A DNA stretch of 63,891 bases, filler included, from Octopus bimaculoides (GCF_001194135.2; 4 parts of 3 records of this genome joined end to end with filler, not necessarily neighbours in it); one strand, 5' to 3'. Shown: positions 12,731 through 25,502, numbered from the whole stretch's first letter. Notes: generated from the sequence alone by a model not told the origin. Numbers and translations are program-made.

Positions 12731-13874
12731 ATAATGGCGTAGTTAGAATTTGAGAGAAATAAGTAATCATTTTTGTATAATTTATCTTTGTAATTCAAAA
12801 GACCAATGTATGCATTGATATTCATAAGCAAAAAGGTGAGGAAAAATAAAGGAAAGAATACGAAAAAAAAAGAGGTAAATAAAAGAGAAGAGAATGATGA
12901 AAAGAAAGAAAAAAGCGACTAAGGAAGTTAAGCATGTAAGGAACCTACGTTTTCGGGAATAAATGGGGAAGCAGTGCAAGTTTATTGCAAAGAAAGACAT
13001 ATAATAAAGCGTGAGAGAAAGAACGTTTTTTACAGATCAACATAAATGCTTATTTTAAGTCGTTTTAACGTTTTGAAAATGCAAAAAGATTTCGCGGGAG
13101 AAAGTGCAAATCGGGATAAACCAGCACGCATATACTCAAAAGTATTCGCACATTCCTAGCTACCCTTTCACCCATGCATACATACATACATACATACACA
13201 TACTTACACAAACATATATATATATACATATATATATAGAGAGAGAGAGAGGGAGGGGGAGAGATAGCTATAATTATATGTATCTGTGTGTGTGTGCCTG
13301 TATGTATGAATGTATGTATATATATATATATATATATGTATACGTTTGTGTGTATGTATATATATTTACATATATATATTTATATATGTGTGTGTATGTG
13401 CGTGTGTGTATAAATATAGGTATGTATGCTTGTGTATACACGTTATTTGCAACAGAAAAGTATTAGATGAGAATAGTAATCTGCGTATTGTACATAATGC
13501 AGTTAGATAACGGAAAGTCTAAACGAATGAGACATTCGCCCAGAAATAATATTCCTTAGAAACGCAGGCTGTTGATAAAAACTATATGACTTTAATATAT
13601 ATCTGCATTGAATATGATGCAAAATTGTTATATACATATATAGACACACTCACACACATATGCCTATGTATAAATAGCTATATAAGCATAAGTATATAGT
13701 ACATACATGATAATACATCACGTGATCGATTAATTTATTAAATCTAATTCATTTCTGATTACGAAACCCTTTGCCTCGTTTTAACTTTCGAATGATGCCA
13801 CCTCGCTAGCTAGGAGACCAGGCCAACTTTTCCTCTGATCGGAAGGTTTGTCGTTCACAGAATTACTGTTTCCT

Positions 13875-13985
13875 GCTGAGTCGACTGGGACAAAGTGAAA
13901 CGAAGTGTTTTGCACAAGAAGAAATCACGTAGCTGGACAGAAATTCGAAGCCACGATGTCACGATCGTGAATGCAACACACCTAA
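13875..13985 (-). mobile_element. Degenerate head of SINE family D
   Basis: CTGAGTCGACTGG...GTGAAACGAAGTGTTTTGCACAAGAA resembles 54820-54870. Confidence 0.45.
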
Positions 13986-14579
13986 ATATTAGCACATGCG
14001 TCTTCACAGTTAAATATAAATCATCAAAATCATCATCACCATAGTCGTCATTGTCATTATATCCATCATCATCGTTCATCATCATCAGCGGCCTATCATC
14101 TACGCATAATCGTTTCATACCCATCACATATATAATACTAAACATACAGGATAGGGCTTGACGCGGCTCTAAACAACAGCTATATACCGAACTGCATTTT
14201 CCTCATGATTCTAGCAATTCCTCCGAAAGAATAGTGTTACAAGAAGAGAAACAAAAGCAAAAACAAATAACAGAAGTACAAAAACAAAACAAAATACTAC
14301 CAAGCGAACATGTGTTGATGTATGTTAAAACAATAAATAGATTTTTGAATTATTACTTTGGTCCGGTATTTGGCTACAGTGATGGCGGTAAATTACCATT
14401 ATTTCCGTTGTTTCCTCAAAATTACTGTGTTTTATTGCTGTAGAATATGTAATATGCCGCCAGCTAAATGGTCAATGTGTTGACTGTAAAATACTGAGAA
14501 CTACTACTAGTCCATAAATTTTCATTTAAGCAGCACCCTCCCTCTCTCTTCTACTGTATATATATATATTTTTTTTTTG

Positions 14580-14636
<57 letters not shown>

Positions 14637-14647
14637 NNNNNNNNNNN

Positions 14648-14684
<37 letters not shown>

Positions 14685-14871
14685 ATGTGTGTGTGTGTGT
14701 ATGTGTGTGTGTGTGTGGGGGGGTCTAGAGGCTTAGAATATAATATATCACATTCAGCGGAGGTGAGAGGATGACCGGAGAAATTTTGGCTTACATACCT
14801 ACATTCAGCTTTCTTCTGTTATGAATGTCAAGACTACTACTACTACTATTACTACTACAACTACTAGTAGC

Positions 14872-14910
<39 letters not shown>

Positions 14911-14913
14911 TAA

Positions 14914-15125
14914 GGCGGTGAGCTGGCAGAATCGAGAGCGCGCTGGACGAAATGCTTAGCGTTATTTCTTCTGCTGCTATGTTCTGAGCTCAACTTCCGC
15001 CGAGGTCGACTTTGCCTTTTATCCTTTCGGGTCCGATAAATTAAATAGCAGTGAAAGACTGGGGTCGATATAATCGACTCATCTCGTCCACCAAAATTGC
15101 TGCTCTTGTGACCAAATTTAAAACT

Positions 15126-15127
<2 letters not shown>
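14914..15127 (+). mobile_element. tRNA-derived SINE family A
   Basis: GGCGGTGAGCTGGCAGAATCG head, GTTCTGAGCTCAACTTCC B-box region, central TCCTTTCGGGTCCGATAAATTAA, (TAT)n tail. Confidence 0.9.
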
Positions 15128-15169
<42 letters not shown>

Positions 15170-15170
<1 letters not shown>

Positions 15171-15565
15171 GAAGTCGCACAGCATACAGTATTGTAAGAT
15201 TGTTGATTGAGGATATTGTATCTAAAAGGGATTTGTACTCTTTGTCAAATCACTACAAGGACTTTAGACAGAAAATACTTTACGCAATATGCGTGGAGTT
15301 CCAAGTAATAACAACTTTTGCAATACATCTAGATTGTAGGATATCTCTAAGGCTTGCAGATATCTTTTCAGATTGGGTGTTTCTGAACCCAATGCTCCGA
15401 TGACAATGGGGATAGCTTTTATGTTGACTACTATAGCTGCCCCATTTTAGCGATCTCAATTCTCAGGTCTCCATATTTATCAACCTTTTCTACTTCTTTC
15501 ATGATGATACGTTGATATCCTGGCATTGCCACGTCTATTATTAAGGAGCACTTGTTTGTTCCCAA
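15170..15565 (-). mobile_element. 5'-truncated R4/Dong-type retrotransposon (endonuclease C-terminus, 3' UTR, (TAA)n)
   Basis: Minus strand reads KCSLIIDVAMPG...KEVEKVDKYGDLRIEIAKM / IPIVIGALGS...LQKLLLLGTPRILRKVFSV*; ends in the (TAA)n tract at 15128-15169. Confidence 0.85.
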
Positions 15566-15783
15566 CTACTTCTGCTCGTGATCAGAGATGAACATATCGG
15601 GAGCCAGAAAGGGACATGCTCAACTAGTTATAGTCAAAAAGGGACAAGCAAATCTGTGGTATTGAACAGAATATTTGCCGTAGCCCATCTTTTATACCGA
15701 GACAAAAGAATATACATGACAGCACTTCCAATCAGTTAAGATCGCAAGCCATGAGAGTCACTGCCTAGTACTGCACCAGGACA
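15566..15783 (-). mobile_element. Repeat family F, 5' segment (second copy at 46305-46515)
   Basis: Reverse complement aligns along its length with 46305-46515 (CAGTAC..GGCAGTG...GATGGGCTAC...ACCACAGATTTGCTTGTC...GTTGAGCATGTCCCT...CTCTGATCAC). Confidence 0.8.
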
Positions 15784-15812
15784 TTTATTATTATCATCAT
15801 TATTATTACTAA

Positions 15813-16288
15813 GGCCGCCAGATTCGTTAGCACAACGGGCAAAACGATTAGCAGCACTTCGTGCATCTTCACGTTCTGAGTTCAAATTCCACTGAATTCA
15901 ACTTTGCCTGTCATCCTTTTGGGGCCGATAAAACAAGTACCGGTTGAAGAGTGGGGTCGATATAATTCGAATCACNNNNNNNNNNNNNNNNCCCAAATTG
16001 GCTGCTCTTGTGGTAAAATTTGAAACCATTCTTCTTCTTCTTCTTCTTCTTCTTATTATTATTATTATTAATAATAAGGCGGCGAAGTGGCAGAATCGTT
16101 AATACGCCTGGCAAAAATGCCTAGCAGTATTTCGTCTGCTGCTACGTTTTGAGTTCAAATTACTCCGAGGCCGACTTCAACTTTCATTCCTTCCGAGTCG
16201 ATGAATTACGCACCTGTTGAGTACTGGGGTTGAGGTAATCGACTTTCCTCTCCCCAAAATGTCAGGCCTTGTGCCTATCGTAGAAAAT
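15813..16288 (+). mobile_element. Two head-to-tail SINE family A copies (15813-16028, 16078-16288)
   Basis: Each has the family A head, GAGTTCAAATT B-box and GGGGTCGA/GAGGTAATCGACT body; separated by (CTT)n(ATT)n. Confidence 0.85.
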
Positions 16289-16881
16289 ATTATTATTATT
16301 ATTATCATTATCATTATTATAATTCAGTACGTGAGCTGTAAGAATCTTAAGCCCATCAGTCAGCCTTTCTTCTGACTCGTTATGTTTCGCGTTAACCCTC
16401 TGCAGATGTCAATATTTACCATTTCATTGGCGTACATGCAATGCGTATTAGTCAGGTACATTTGTCGTGATATCAAATGAATTAACCGCCCTTGAATGAA
16501 TGGTTAAGATGCCGAACATTGTAGAATGCTAATAGAAGTCCCGAGGGGTATCTCCGTAACTCGGTGTGTACGTCAAGAATTATTTGAAATTCTGGAAAAA
16601 TTCACCCATAGTGGTTCTGTACGATTTCCTTCGGAATTCCTTCTTTTGATCTTCACATATACAGAATAATCCAAGATTATAGGCTAAGATACATCGGAGT
16701 GGAATCGATCACAGGTTATATCCATTACGAAACAAAGAAACTCGATAATCATTTGGCCGTATATATGCATATTTGTGTGTGTGTGTACGTGTGTGTTTAT
16801 TTGTTTGTTTGTGTATATGTGTGTGCGCGCGCAAACACACCCACAGATATAAATATATATAAATAGAAATAAATATATATG

Positions 16882-16948
<67 letters not shown>

Positions 16949-17274
16949 AAATACAGGTCATCTCATAATGATGGGACTCGAATATTAATGAAATATCTTG
17001 TAAATAACAACTATGTATGTGCATATATATGCGGGCATGATTGCGTCTGTTTTTGTGCGTATGTGTGTGTGTGTGAGTGCGCGCAAGTCGTGATTGTATT
17101 TGTATGCATATATATACATATGAACTTACGTGTACATCAATATAGTGAGAGACACTGAGAAGGAAATATGGAAAATATGCCGGGGTTCATATGCCGTACG
17201 GTCACGACACCAGACACACAAACTCACAACCACACACACACACACACACACATTCATACAGACATACACGTACA

Positions 17275-17419
17275 CTATATCAGATTCTTGAACGAAGTAT
17301 CCGATACCAAAGGGTGCACGAAATAAGAGGTTCCGCACTTGGAATAGAACATCTGGTACTTCACAAGTGAAATACTGTCAGAATTAGACTTGTGGATTTG
17401 TCCCCGCACATTGTATTTG
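17275..17419 (-). CDS. Candidate coding exon of an unidentified gene (KYNVRGQIHK...SYFVHPLVSDTSFKNLI*)
   Basis: Long pyrimidine tract ending TTCTTATAAG; only the phase-2 frame is open; alternative donor TTG|GTATCG would end it at 17308. Confidence 0.45.
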
Positions 17420-17637
17420 CTTATAAGAACAATACACAAATAAAGAATAAAAGAAATAGATTACAACGAAAATGAATGTCAACAACAACAGTCCTTCTAA
17501 TATTTCCTCTTCTGTTCTAATTGTACCTATTGATCTAAGTAATATGACGAGTTATATATCGTAACCTTTTAGTTCTATCAATCCTTAGTATAGTCCTTGA
17601 TACATAATACGTGGGCCGGCAGGATGTTGTTAAATAC

Positions 17638-17708
17638 TTTCCAGACAGCTCTGACACTTCAAACTTGTTGACTGCTTCATTGAAGTGTATTGTTGGGTTT
17701 CTAATACA
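17638..17708 (-). CDS. Candidate coding exon (CIRNPTIHFNEAVNKFEVSELSG)
   Basis: Acceptor TTTTTTCCTATTTAG, phase 0 start; donor AA|GTATTT (or AC|GTATTA at 17611), both phase 2, compatible with neighbours. Confidence 0.45.
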
Positions 17709-17926
17709 CTAAATAGGAAAAAATATATTAACATCAAGTTCAAGTGAAATTTTATTGTCCAAAAGCACTCCAGACATTTGCACATATAATAATGATTTCG
17801 TACTTAGGAATAACGACATTATTCAGTTTATATTTTCACTAGAATTTCTTTCATCAATCTATAATGACAAGGATACATGAAACCGAACCTGAAAATATTT
17901 AGATTCCGACAGAATAATATATTTAC

Positions 17927-17991
17927 TTTGGTGAAAGGATCGAGGTCCGGTTCAGGAGGTTCCGTCATATGCTCTTGGTATTGGGTTCGTC
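17927..17991 (-). CDS. Candidate coding exon (GRTQYQEHMTEPPEPDLDPFTK)
   Basis: Acceptor TTGCTGTGCTCTAG, donor AAA|GTAAAT, one open frame, phase 0 end matches the next exon. Confidence 0.4.
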
Positions 17992-18235
17992 CTAGAGCAC
18001 AGCAACTTAGTCGAGTTTCTTTCACTTCACTGCCTCACGAATGAATTAGATAACGGAAACACTATGATGGTTCATGACAGACACGCACACATACATACAC
18101 ACACATGCACAAACACTCACACACACATTTACATGAAACAAATGATAGATACTGGTGAAGTAACGAACAAGGTTTACTAGTGTGTCGCTATGGAAAATTG
18201 AAAGAGGGTTTAATGTTTCGAACCTAGGCTCTTCT

Positions 18236-18466
18236 TATTTCTTTATTGCCCACAAGGGGCTAAACATAGAGGGGACAAACAAGGACAGACAGAGGGTTTA
18301 AGTCGATTACATCGACTCCAGTGCGTAATTAGTACTTAATTTATCGACCCCGAAAGGATGAAAGGCAAAGTTAACCTCGGCGGAATTTGAACTCAGAACG
18401 TAACGGCAGACAAAATACCACTATGCATTTCACCGGGCGTGCTAACGTTTCTGCTAACTCACCGCC
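18236..18466 (-). mobile_element. Full-length SINE family A copy with a distinct 3' tail and target-site duplication
   Basis: Minus-strand head GGCGGTGAGTTAGCAGAAACG; TAGGCTCTTCT duplicated at 18225-18235 and 18467-18477. Confidence 0.92.
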
Positions 18467-19949
18467 TAGGCTCTTCTACAGAAAGGAATGAGGAGAGATA
18501 ATAGTTGCAGAGAGGAAAAATACAAGAAAGAGAAAAAAAAGTGTCTACATGTGTGTCTGCTTTTTTTTCTATTTTAACCGTCACTGACAACAGGCGGCGT
18601 GGGGGTTGCTTATAGCCCAGTAAATTAGGAGGTATAGCAAACAGGCCAATCGAACAAGTATCAATTTCAAAAATAAGAAATAACAGAATAAAACTATGCA
18701 TGAAACAAGTAAAAGGAGGAAATATCTACTCTTTGTGGAATTTTGCTCGAAGCGCCACCAATAATGTACTCGTGCTGCTACTAGAGCATACACATAAATC
18801 ATACGCACTATAGTTTCATTCTTTATGCTGACCTCATTACATATTAATCCATTCATACATAAAGTATAATTTTTAATCTAAGATTAATTACCAGATATAA
18901 TTACATTGTAAATAAATGNNNNNNNNNNNNNNNNNNNNNNNNNNNNNNNNNNNNNNNNNNNNNNNNNNNNNNNNNNNNNNNNNNNNNNNNNNNNNNNNNN
19001 NNNNNNNNNNNNNNNNNNTTTTCTTTCATTTTTATTTCGCCATTTTTCTGCGCAGGACCATAAATGTCACACACTTGTATGTCAGAACCGATGTTAATCT
19101 ATGATATATAGGTTGTAGAACTATAATGGTTTTAGTGGAACCAACATTACCAAAGTGATTAACCTTCGGTCATCAGTTTACAATGTTACTATATTTCAAT
19201 CACGTCTTTCTTTTCTTTAGGGTATTTTTTTTTTCGTGTGTTTTATTTCTTTTTTCCGTTAGTTATTTTCTTGGCATTTATATATTTTTGGGAACAGGGG
19301 GGAAAAAGGCAGGAACTGAAAATGATTTGCGCATATAATTATTAGGTGACCCAATAAATTCGTGGTGTTGTTTATCCCTCTAAAACTTCCCAAAGGCCAG
19401 ACACAAGTGATAGACCATGTAACAGATGGTTTTCTCAAGTTTCTGAATTCACAGGGCTGCCGTTAATATCAGACAAAGGTGAACAGGTCTCATATATATG
19501 TGTGTGTGTGTGTGTGTGTTTGTATGTATGGGTGTGTGTGAGTGTGTGTGTATGTGTGTGTGTATGTTCATGTATATATTAGATAAACACATATACGCAA
19601 GTGCAGGCATGTGTGATTATTGTAGCAGTATGTTTGGTTACCAACCAGAATTGTTTTTTTTGGTGGGGGCCATAGCTTATTTACAACAGACATCAGGGAG
19701 TGTGTAAGTCTTTGGTTCTCCAGGAAATAACTACATGATTGAACGAAAGCATGAAGAACTTATTGGCGTAGTCAGTAAAATCCGCTTCACAATAGTCAGT
19801 CCAATGGACACATTGTTCGATAGAAAAAAACAATAGTAACATTCAGTAAACTTAGAAACTATGGAGATTAAAACTTGATACAATATAGACGATAAAGTTA
19901 AAGTTTTACCTCTACAGAGAACATATAACACCTATAAGGATCACTAACC

Positions 19950-20750
19950 AATTTTATAGCAATGCATCTACATGACGTATCCACCCAAACAAAGCGCAAT
20001 TAAATACAGTTAGCAAATATACGTTAGATAAAATAATTATCAACATTAAAAGCGTTTCCTGGTTACCATTATTGAAAAGCAGTATGTAAGTTATAAAGCG
20101 GTTCGATAACATCAATAATATAGATTTAGTCATTTTGACATCGCAGATCATTATCCTTCTACTACTAAGACCTTAATCCAAAAAGCATTAACTTTGCCAG
20201 CAAACATATTTCTATTAGTGAATCAGAAATTAAATCATTTTGAATAGCAGAAAATCTATATCAACCATTGACAAAAACCCGATGGTAAATAAAAATGGTA
20301 ATTATTTCTTTGATGTCTGCATGGGATCGATAGATTCCGTGGAAATATGTGAATTAAACTACATTTACATATTGCCAATGATACACAATAGATTTAAATT
20401 TTTACAAGGTGGCCTCTCCTATATTAATGGGTGTTTAATATTACGTCATATGAATAAGCACTAAAGAAATAAACTTTGAAAAAAATGTTACTTTATTCGT
20501 AGTGAAATCTCGGCAGAGAATAGATAATTTTCATGATAAAGCATAGAATTACCACTCTTATAAATGAAATCCCTAAAGTAGTCCCCTTATGAAGCTGTAA
20601 CTAACCAAATACCCCTAATGCGGATAACTGATCTACTAGAATTTAGAAGCATATTTTACTCGAATTATTATCTGTTATCTGTCTGAGGTAATAGTATCTC
20701 TCAAAGGTGATAAAGCGAAACTTAGAGATCTCTTTTTAGAATGGAAGGTC
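19950..20750 (+). mobile_element. Penelope-like element reverse transcriptase remnant
   Basis: Frames read RIHPNKAQLNTVSKYTLDKI, HFDIADHYPS..K.LIQKAL, ILNSRKS, FFDVCMGSIDSVEICEL; matches the PLE motifs FD...YPSI and FDVTMGSxDGAEICEL; many stops and frameshifts. Confidence 0.8.
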
Positions 20751-20937
20751 ACACATAAATTGCCTTTGATGATTAGTCAACAGAATCAGAACTAACCAAA
20801 GAAGGAACGTTCCCATCTAAAATAATCACAGAATATTTCTAAATCTCACAGAATTGATTTAAACCACACTCATCCTATATGAAAAAATGTATTCACCAGC
20901 ATCGGTCTCCGAGGTGCCTGAGCACACATACATACAA

Positions 20938-20980
<43 letters not shown>

Positions 20981-21771
20981 NNNNNNNNNNNNNNNNNNNN
21001 NNNNNNNNNNNNNNNNNNNNNNNNNNNNNNNNNNNNNNNNNNNNNNNNNNNNNNNNNNNNNNNNNNNNNNNNNNNNNNNNNNNNNNNNNNNNNNNNNNNN
21101 NNNNNNNNNNNNNNNNNNNNNNNNNNNNNNNNNNNNNNNNNNNNNNNNNNNNNNNNNNNNNNNNNNNNNNNNNNNNNNNNNNNNNNNNNNNNNNNNNNNN
21201 NNNNNNNNNNNNNNNNNNNNNNNNNNNNNNNNNNNNNNNNNNNNNNNNNNNNNNNNNNNNNNNNNNNNNNNNNNNNNNNNNNNNNNNNNNNNNNNNNNNN
21301 NNNNNNNNNNNNNNNNNNNNNNNNNNNNNNNNNNNNNNNNNNNNNNNNNNNNNNNNNNNNNNNNNNNNNNNNNNNNNNNNNNNNNNNNNNNNNNNNNNNN
21401 NNNNNNNNNNNNNNNNNNNNNNNNNNNNNNNNNNNNNNNNNNNNNNNNNNNNNNNNNNNNNNNNNNNNNNNNNNNNNNNNNNNNNNNNNNNNNNNNNNNN
21501 NNNNNNNNNNNNNNNNNNNNNNNNNNNNNNNNNNNNNNNNNNNNNNNNNNNNNNNNNNNNNNNNNNNNNNNNNNNNNNNNNNNNNNNNNNNNNNNNNNNN
21601 NNNNNNNNNNNNNNNNNNNNNNNNNNNNNNNNNNNNNNNNNNNNNNNNNNNNNNNNNNNNNNNNNNNNNNNNNNNNNNNNNNNNNNNNNNNNNTATATAT
21701 ATATGTATGTATGTGGATATATATATATATATGTATATATGCATGTATATATACTTGTGTATTTATGTATG

Positions 21772-21804
<33 letters not shown>

Positions 21805-21959
21805 CATAGTGATACATGGATATATTTATAAATAATATGTACTTGTATACATATTTTGTATAAGTTTGTTAAAATCACACTTTATATGAATGAATAACAT
21901 ATTTATATTCTCAAAATGGCGCAATTATAGTTCAAGATATTAAGATATTTGGGAAGTAA

Positions 21960-22210
21960 AAAAAAAATAAAAGTGAAAAAATTTCAGACAGGAATAAGAT
22001 GGAAGAATGAAGATACAAATATACTGCAAGAAAGAAAGTTGAAAAATGGAAGGGAAGAACGGAGTGATGGAGGAGAGAAAGGAAGAAAGAAAGAAGTAGA
22101 TAGAGAGAGAGATGAAAGAAAGAAAGAAAGACAGAAAGAAAGAAGGAAGGAAAGAATGAAAGAAATAAAGAAAGAGTGAAAAGAAAGAAGAAAATGGACG
22201 AAAATAAGGA
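21960..22210. repeat. Purine-rich (GAAA/GAA)n low-complexity tract
   Basis: Direct reading. Confidence 0.85.
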
Positions 22211-22584
22211 GAGATTCGAAAATAGAAGAAATATAGAATTAAGAAATTTGACAGTTTTGCAATAAAATTTGCTCTTTAAATTTTAAATTTTGGTATTTAT
22301 ATTTAGGTAAAGAAAAAAAAAGGGACCTTGTCAATTAGATATGAAAGACTATAAAAATATGAAACGACAGCATGTAAATATAAAATCTACAGATGTTAAT
22401 ATTAGTATCATATTTAGTGATAATCTGATATTAAAAATTGAAAAACAAGTTGTAGAAAACTAAAATAAAAGAAAAAAAAATTGAAAAAGGAAACTAAAAA
22501 TTAAATCGTGCGTAAATATTTCTTCAAAATTTTGTGAAATGTCTTCTCTTCTCGTCTGGTATCTGTCGTGTGCTTCTTGTTCAC

Positions 22585-22617
<33 letters not shown>

Positions 22618-23103
22618 ATTAATATTATTATTATTACTATTATCATTCCTCTTCTTCTTCTTATTATTATTATTAATATTATCTTCATTATTATCATCAT
22701 TATTATCTTATTTTTATTATTTTCAATCTTGTTTGTTGCTTGCTTTGGTTTTGATCTGAAAATCGTGTGATGAAACCTATTGCTGCATATTCCAACTTGT
22801 GTTATGTTATTAGATATTTATTAGCACGCAACCTCTATTTGTCATTCATTGATTTCTTTACGTATATATTTGTTTTTGTTGATGTTGTTATTGATGATGG
22901 TAGACGTTGGAGCATTGGAAAAAAATGACTTACCGTGTTTAGATTTGGCAATTTACATTGGGAATTAAAATGCCCAAGAGATAGATTTAAACGTTTCCCT
23001 ACCGGTAGCCGATAAAATAAGTAGTTTTCAGTTAAGTACTAGCTTAATGCATCTCTTAACGCCACGACGCAACATGCTGGCTTTTTTTTTTAAATCAGAA
23101 ACA

Positions 23104-23140
<37 letters not shown>

Positions 23141-23141
23141 G

Positions 23142-23330
23142 GGCGGCGAGTTGGCAGAGTCGTTAGCGGTATTTGATCCGTCTGTACCTTTTCAAATCAA
23201 ATTCCGCTAAGGGCGACTTTACCGTTCATCATTTCGGGGACGATAAATTAAGTAGCAATTGAGTACTGGGGTCGATGTAATCGATTATCCCCGCCCCCCA
23301 AATTTCAGGGCTTGTGCCTATAATAGAAGA

Positions 23331-23366
<36 letters not shown>

Positions 23367-23545
23367 GGCGGCGAGCCGGCAGTATCGTTTGCAGTATCAC
23401 GTTGTGAGTTCAAATTCCGCCGAGGGCGACTTTACCTTTCATTCTTTCGGGGTCGGTAAAATAAGTGTCAATTTACCACTGAAATCGATATCATAGACTG
23501 ACCCCCTTCATAGAACTCGCTGGCGTTGTACCAAACTTTGCAACC
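23142..23545 (+). mobile_element. Two head-to-tail SINE family A copies (23142-23332, 23367-23545)
   Basis: Both begin GGCGGCGAG directly after (TTA)n and carry CAAATTCCGC and TTTCGGGG..GATAAA/GGTAAA. Confidence 0.88.
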
Positions 23546-23609
23546 ATCATCATCATAATTATTACGCTAGCGCGTGCAAATTTTGGGGGTTGGAATATTA
23601 AACTCGAGG

Positions 23610-23760
23610 TTTATTGAAAACAAGTCTCCCCAAATGAATAGAATCCTCTTTAAAATTCTTGTAGAATACAGGTTAATACTTTTCTCCAGATGGACAATGC
23701 GAGTCTCATTTCCAATCTCTTTCAGGTTTTTAAGTTGCATTTGGGGAATTTGAGAAAAAT
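23610..23760 (-). mobile_element. R4/Dong-type 3' remnant
   Basis: KNLKEIGNETRIVHLEKSINLYSTRILKRIL then GGAGACTTG, as at 59395-59420. Confidence 0.55.
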
Positions 23761-23885
23761 GCTGCAAGTACTACATGCTGTTAGTCTTCCGCAGTCATCT
23801 CAGCTCTCGGATTAGATACTGACGTTTCAATTTTGTCAAGTTCTCTTATCATAGGGACTCACACTATCTATGTCTTAGTATCTTT

Positions 23886-24165
23886 TGTTTCTTTTACTTG
23901 TTACGCTAAGTTACGGGTACGTTAACACACCAACATCGGTTGTCAAGCGATGGTGGTGGTGGTGGTGGTGGGAGCAGACATATATACACACCCATATATA
24001 TACATATATACGGCGGGCTTGTTTCACATTCCTTCTACTATATCCACTCACAAGTCTTTGGTCGGTCTGGGGCTATAGTAGAAAACATTTGCCCAAGGTG
24101 CCATGCAGTGGGACTGAACCTGGAACTATGTGATTGGGAAGCAAGTTTCTTACCACGCAGCTACG
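23886..24165 (-). mobile_element. OR-like tRNA/CORE SINE (family B), internally deleted
   Basis: Contains the reverse complement of GGTTCAGTCCCACTGCATGGCACCTTGGGCAAATG and of GACAACCGATGTTGGTGTGTT. Confidence 0.88.
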
Positions 24166-24599
24166 CCTATTTATTTTGTCTTCAATAATCTGCTCTTCTT
24201 GCTTCAACAGTATGGTCCGTCTTTATAGGAAACTCGGAAGTAATTCTCACTTTCTATTACAACCTCTAATTCGTACTCATAGCACATTTCTATCATTTTG
24301 AAGCACTACGTTGCCTATAGAGCTATGCATGCATTATGTTCCTTTTTCTGCTTGCACACTGCACTCACTCAAAAGAAACGCCCTGTTCTCTCCAGGTTTA
24401 CTTTGTCATTAATACATGAAGGGACAATACCTGTTTAGACGACGTCGATACCAAGATAATAAAAGGTACCTTTTATTATCGGTCACTAAATGATTATAGC
24501 AAAAGTATATAGAGTTTAGTTATGAAATCAAAAATTGAAGATGTAGTAGTGGTGGTGGTGGTGGTCGTCGTCGTAGTAGTTATTGTATAGTAGTAAGTA

Positions 24600-24810
24600 G
24601 AATGAAAAGAAAAACTAGCATGATAATTATAACAATAATACTAAGAAGAAGAAGAAGAAGAGGAAGAAGAAAACGAAGAAGAAGGAGAAAGAACAAGAAC
24701 AACAATATGACAAAGAAAAAGAACAAGAAGAAGAAAAAAAGAACAAGAAGAAAGAACAAGAAAGAACAAGAAAAACAAGACAAAGAACAAGAAAAAGAAA
24801 AAGAAGAGAC
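24600..24810. repeat. (GAA/GAACAA)n low-complexity tract
   Basis: Direct reading; explains the R/K/E-rich ORF 24602-24889. Confidence 0.85.
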
Positions 24811-25152
24811 AGATGAATGCGCTTATCTGGAGGCCGGTTATGCTGTGATATACTATCAAGATGTTATAAACTACAAGATGCTGATTTAAAGATTAAAATG
24901 GTACTTCTCGCCAATTTCTGTCATATCCATGCAAACAATGTGAGGACTATGATAAATGGAGGCAGTAATTAGCTTGCATTAATATAACCTGTGCCATTAG
25001 AAATTAGTTCTGTACTTCCTTCAAGATAATTAGCTTCGTTACGAGACAATGGTAATCAAATACAATTCTTAAAACATACTTATATAGATACTTATTGACA
25101 TATATACAGACGCATATACATATTATATAGAGACATACATAAATAAATGTAT

Positions 25153-25208
<56 letters not shown>

Positions 25209-25502
25209 ACTACATACATACACATACGTATGTGCCTGTGTGTGTCGGTTCCATACCTACATAAACATAAATATATTCCTTCACGTGAATACACATACAC
25301 ACACCTATATATATATGCACCTAGATACCTATATATATGTATGCATTTAGTATTTTTATTTCGTTATGCGTTAGAATGTATACGCATGTGTTCATATGTT
25401 ATATATATATATACGTGCATAAACACACACACACATATATATATATGCATATGTATTTGTACACATGCATATATATTCATTAACCCATTCATTAACACAC
25501 AC

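Noticed and set aside
19056-19076. Possible 21-nt + strand microexon after a strong acceptor
   Set aside because: Next to a gap, weak exonic donor context and no partner exons.
24397-24466. Good-looking acceptor and donor pair on the + strand
   Set aside because: Stops in all three frames.
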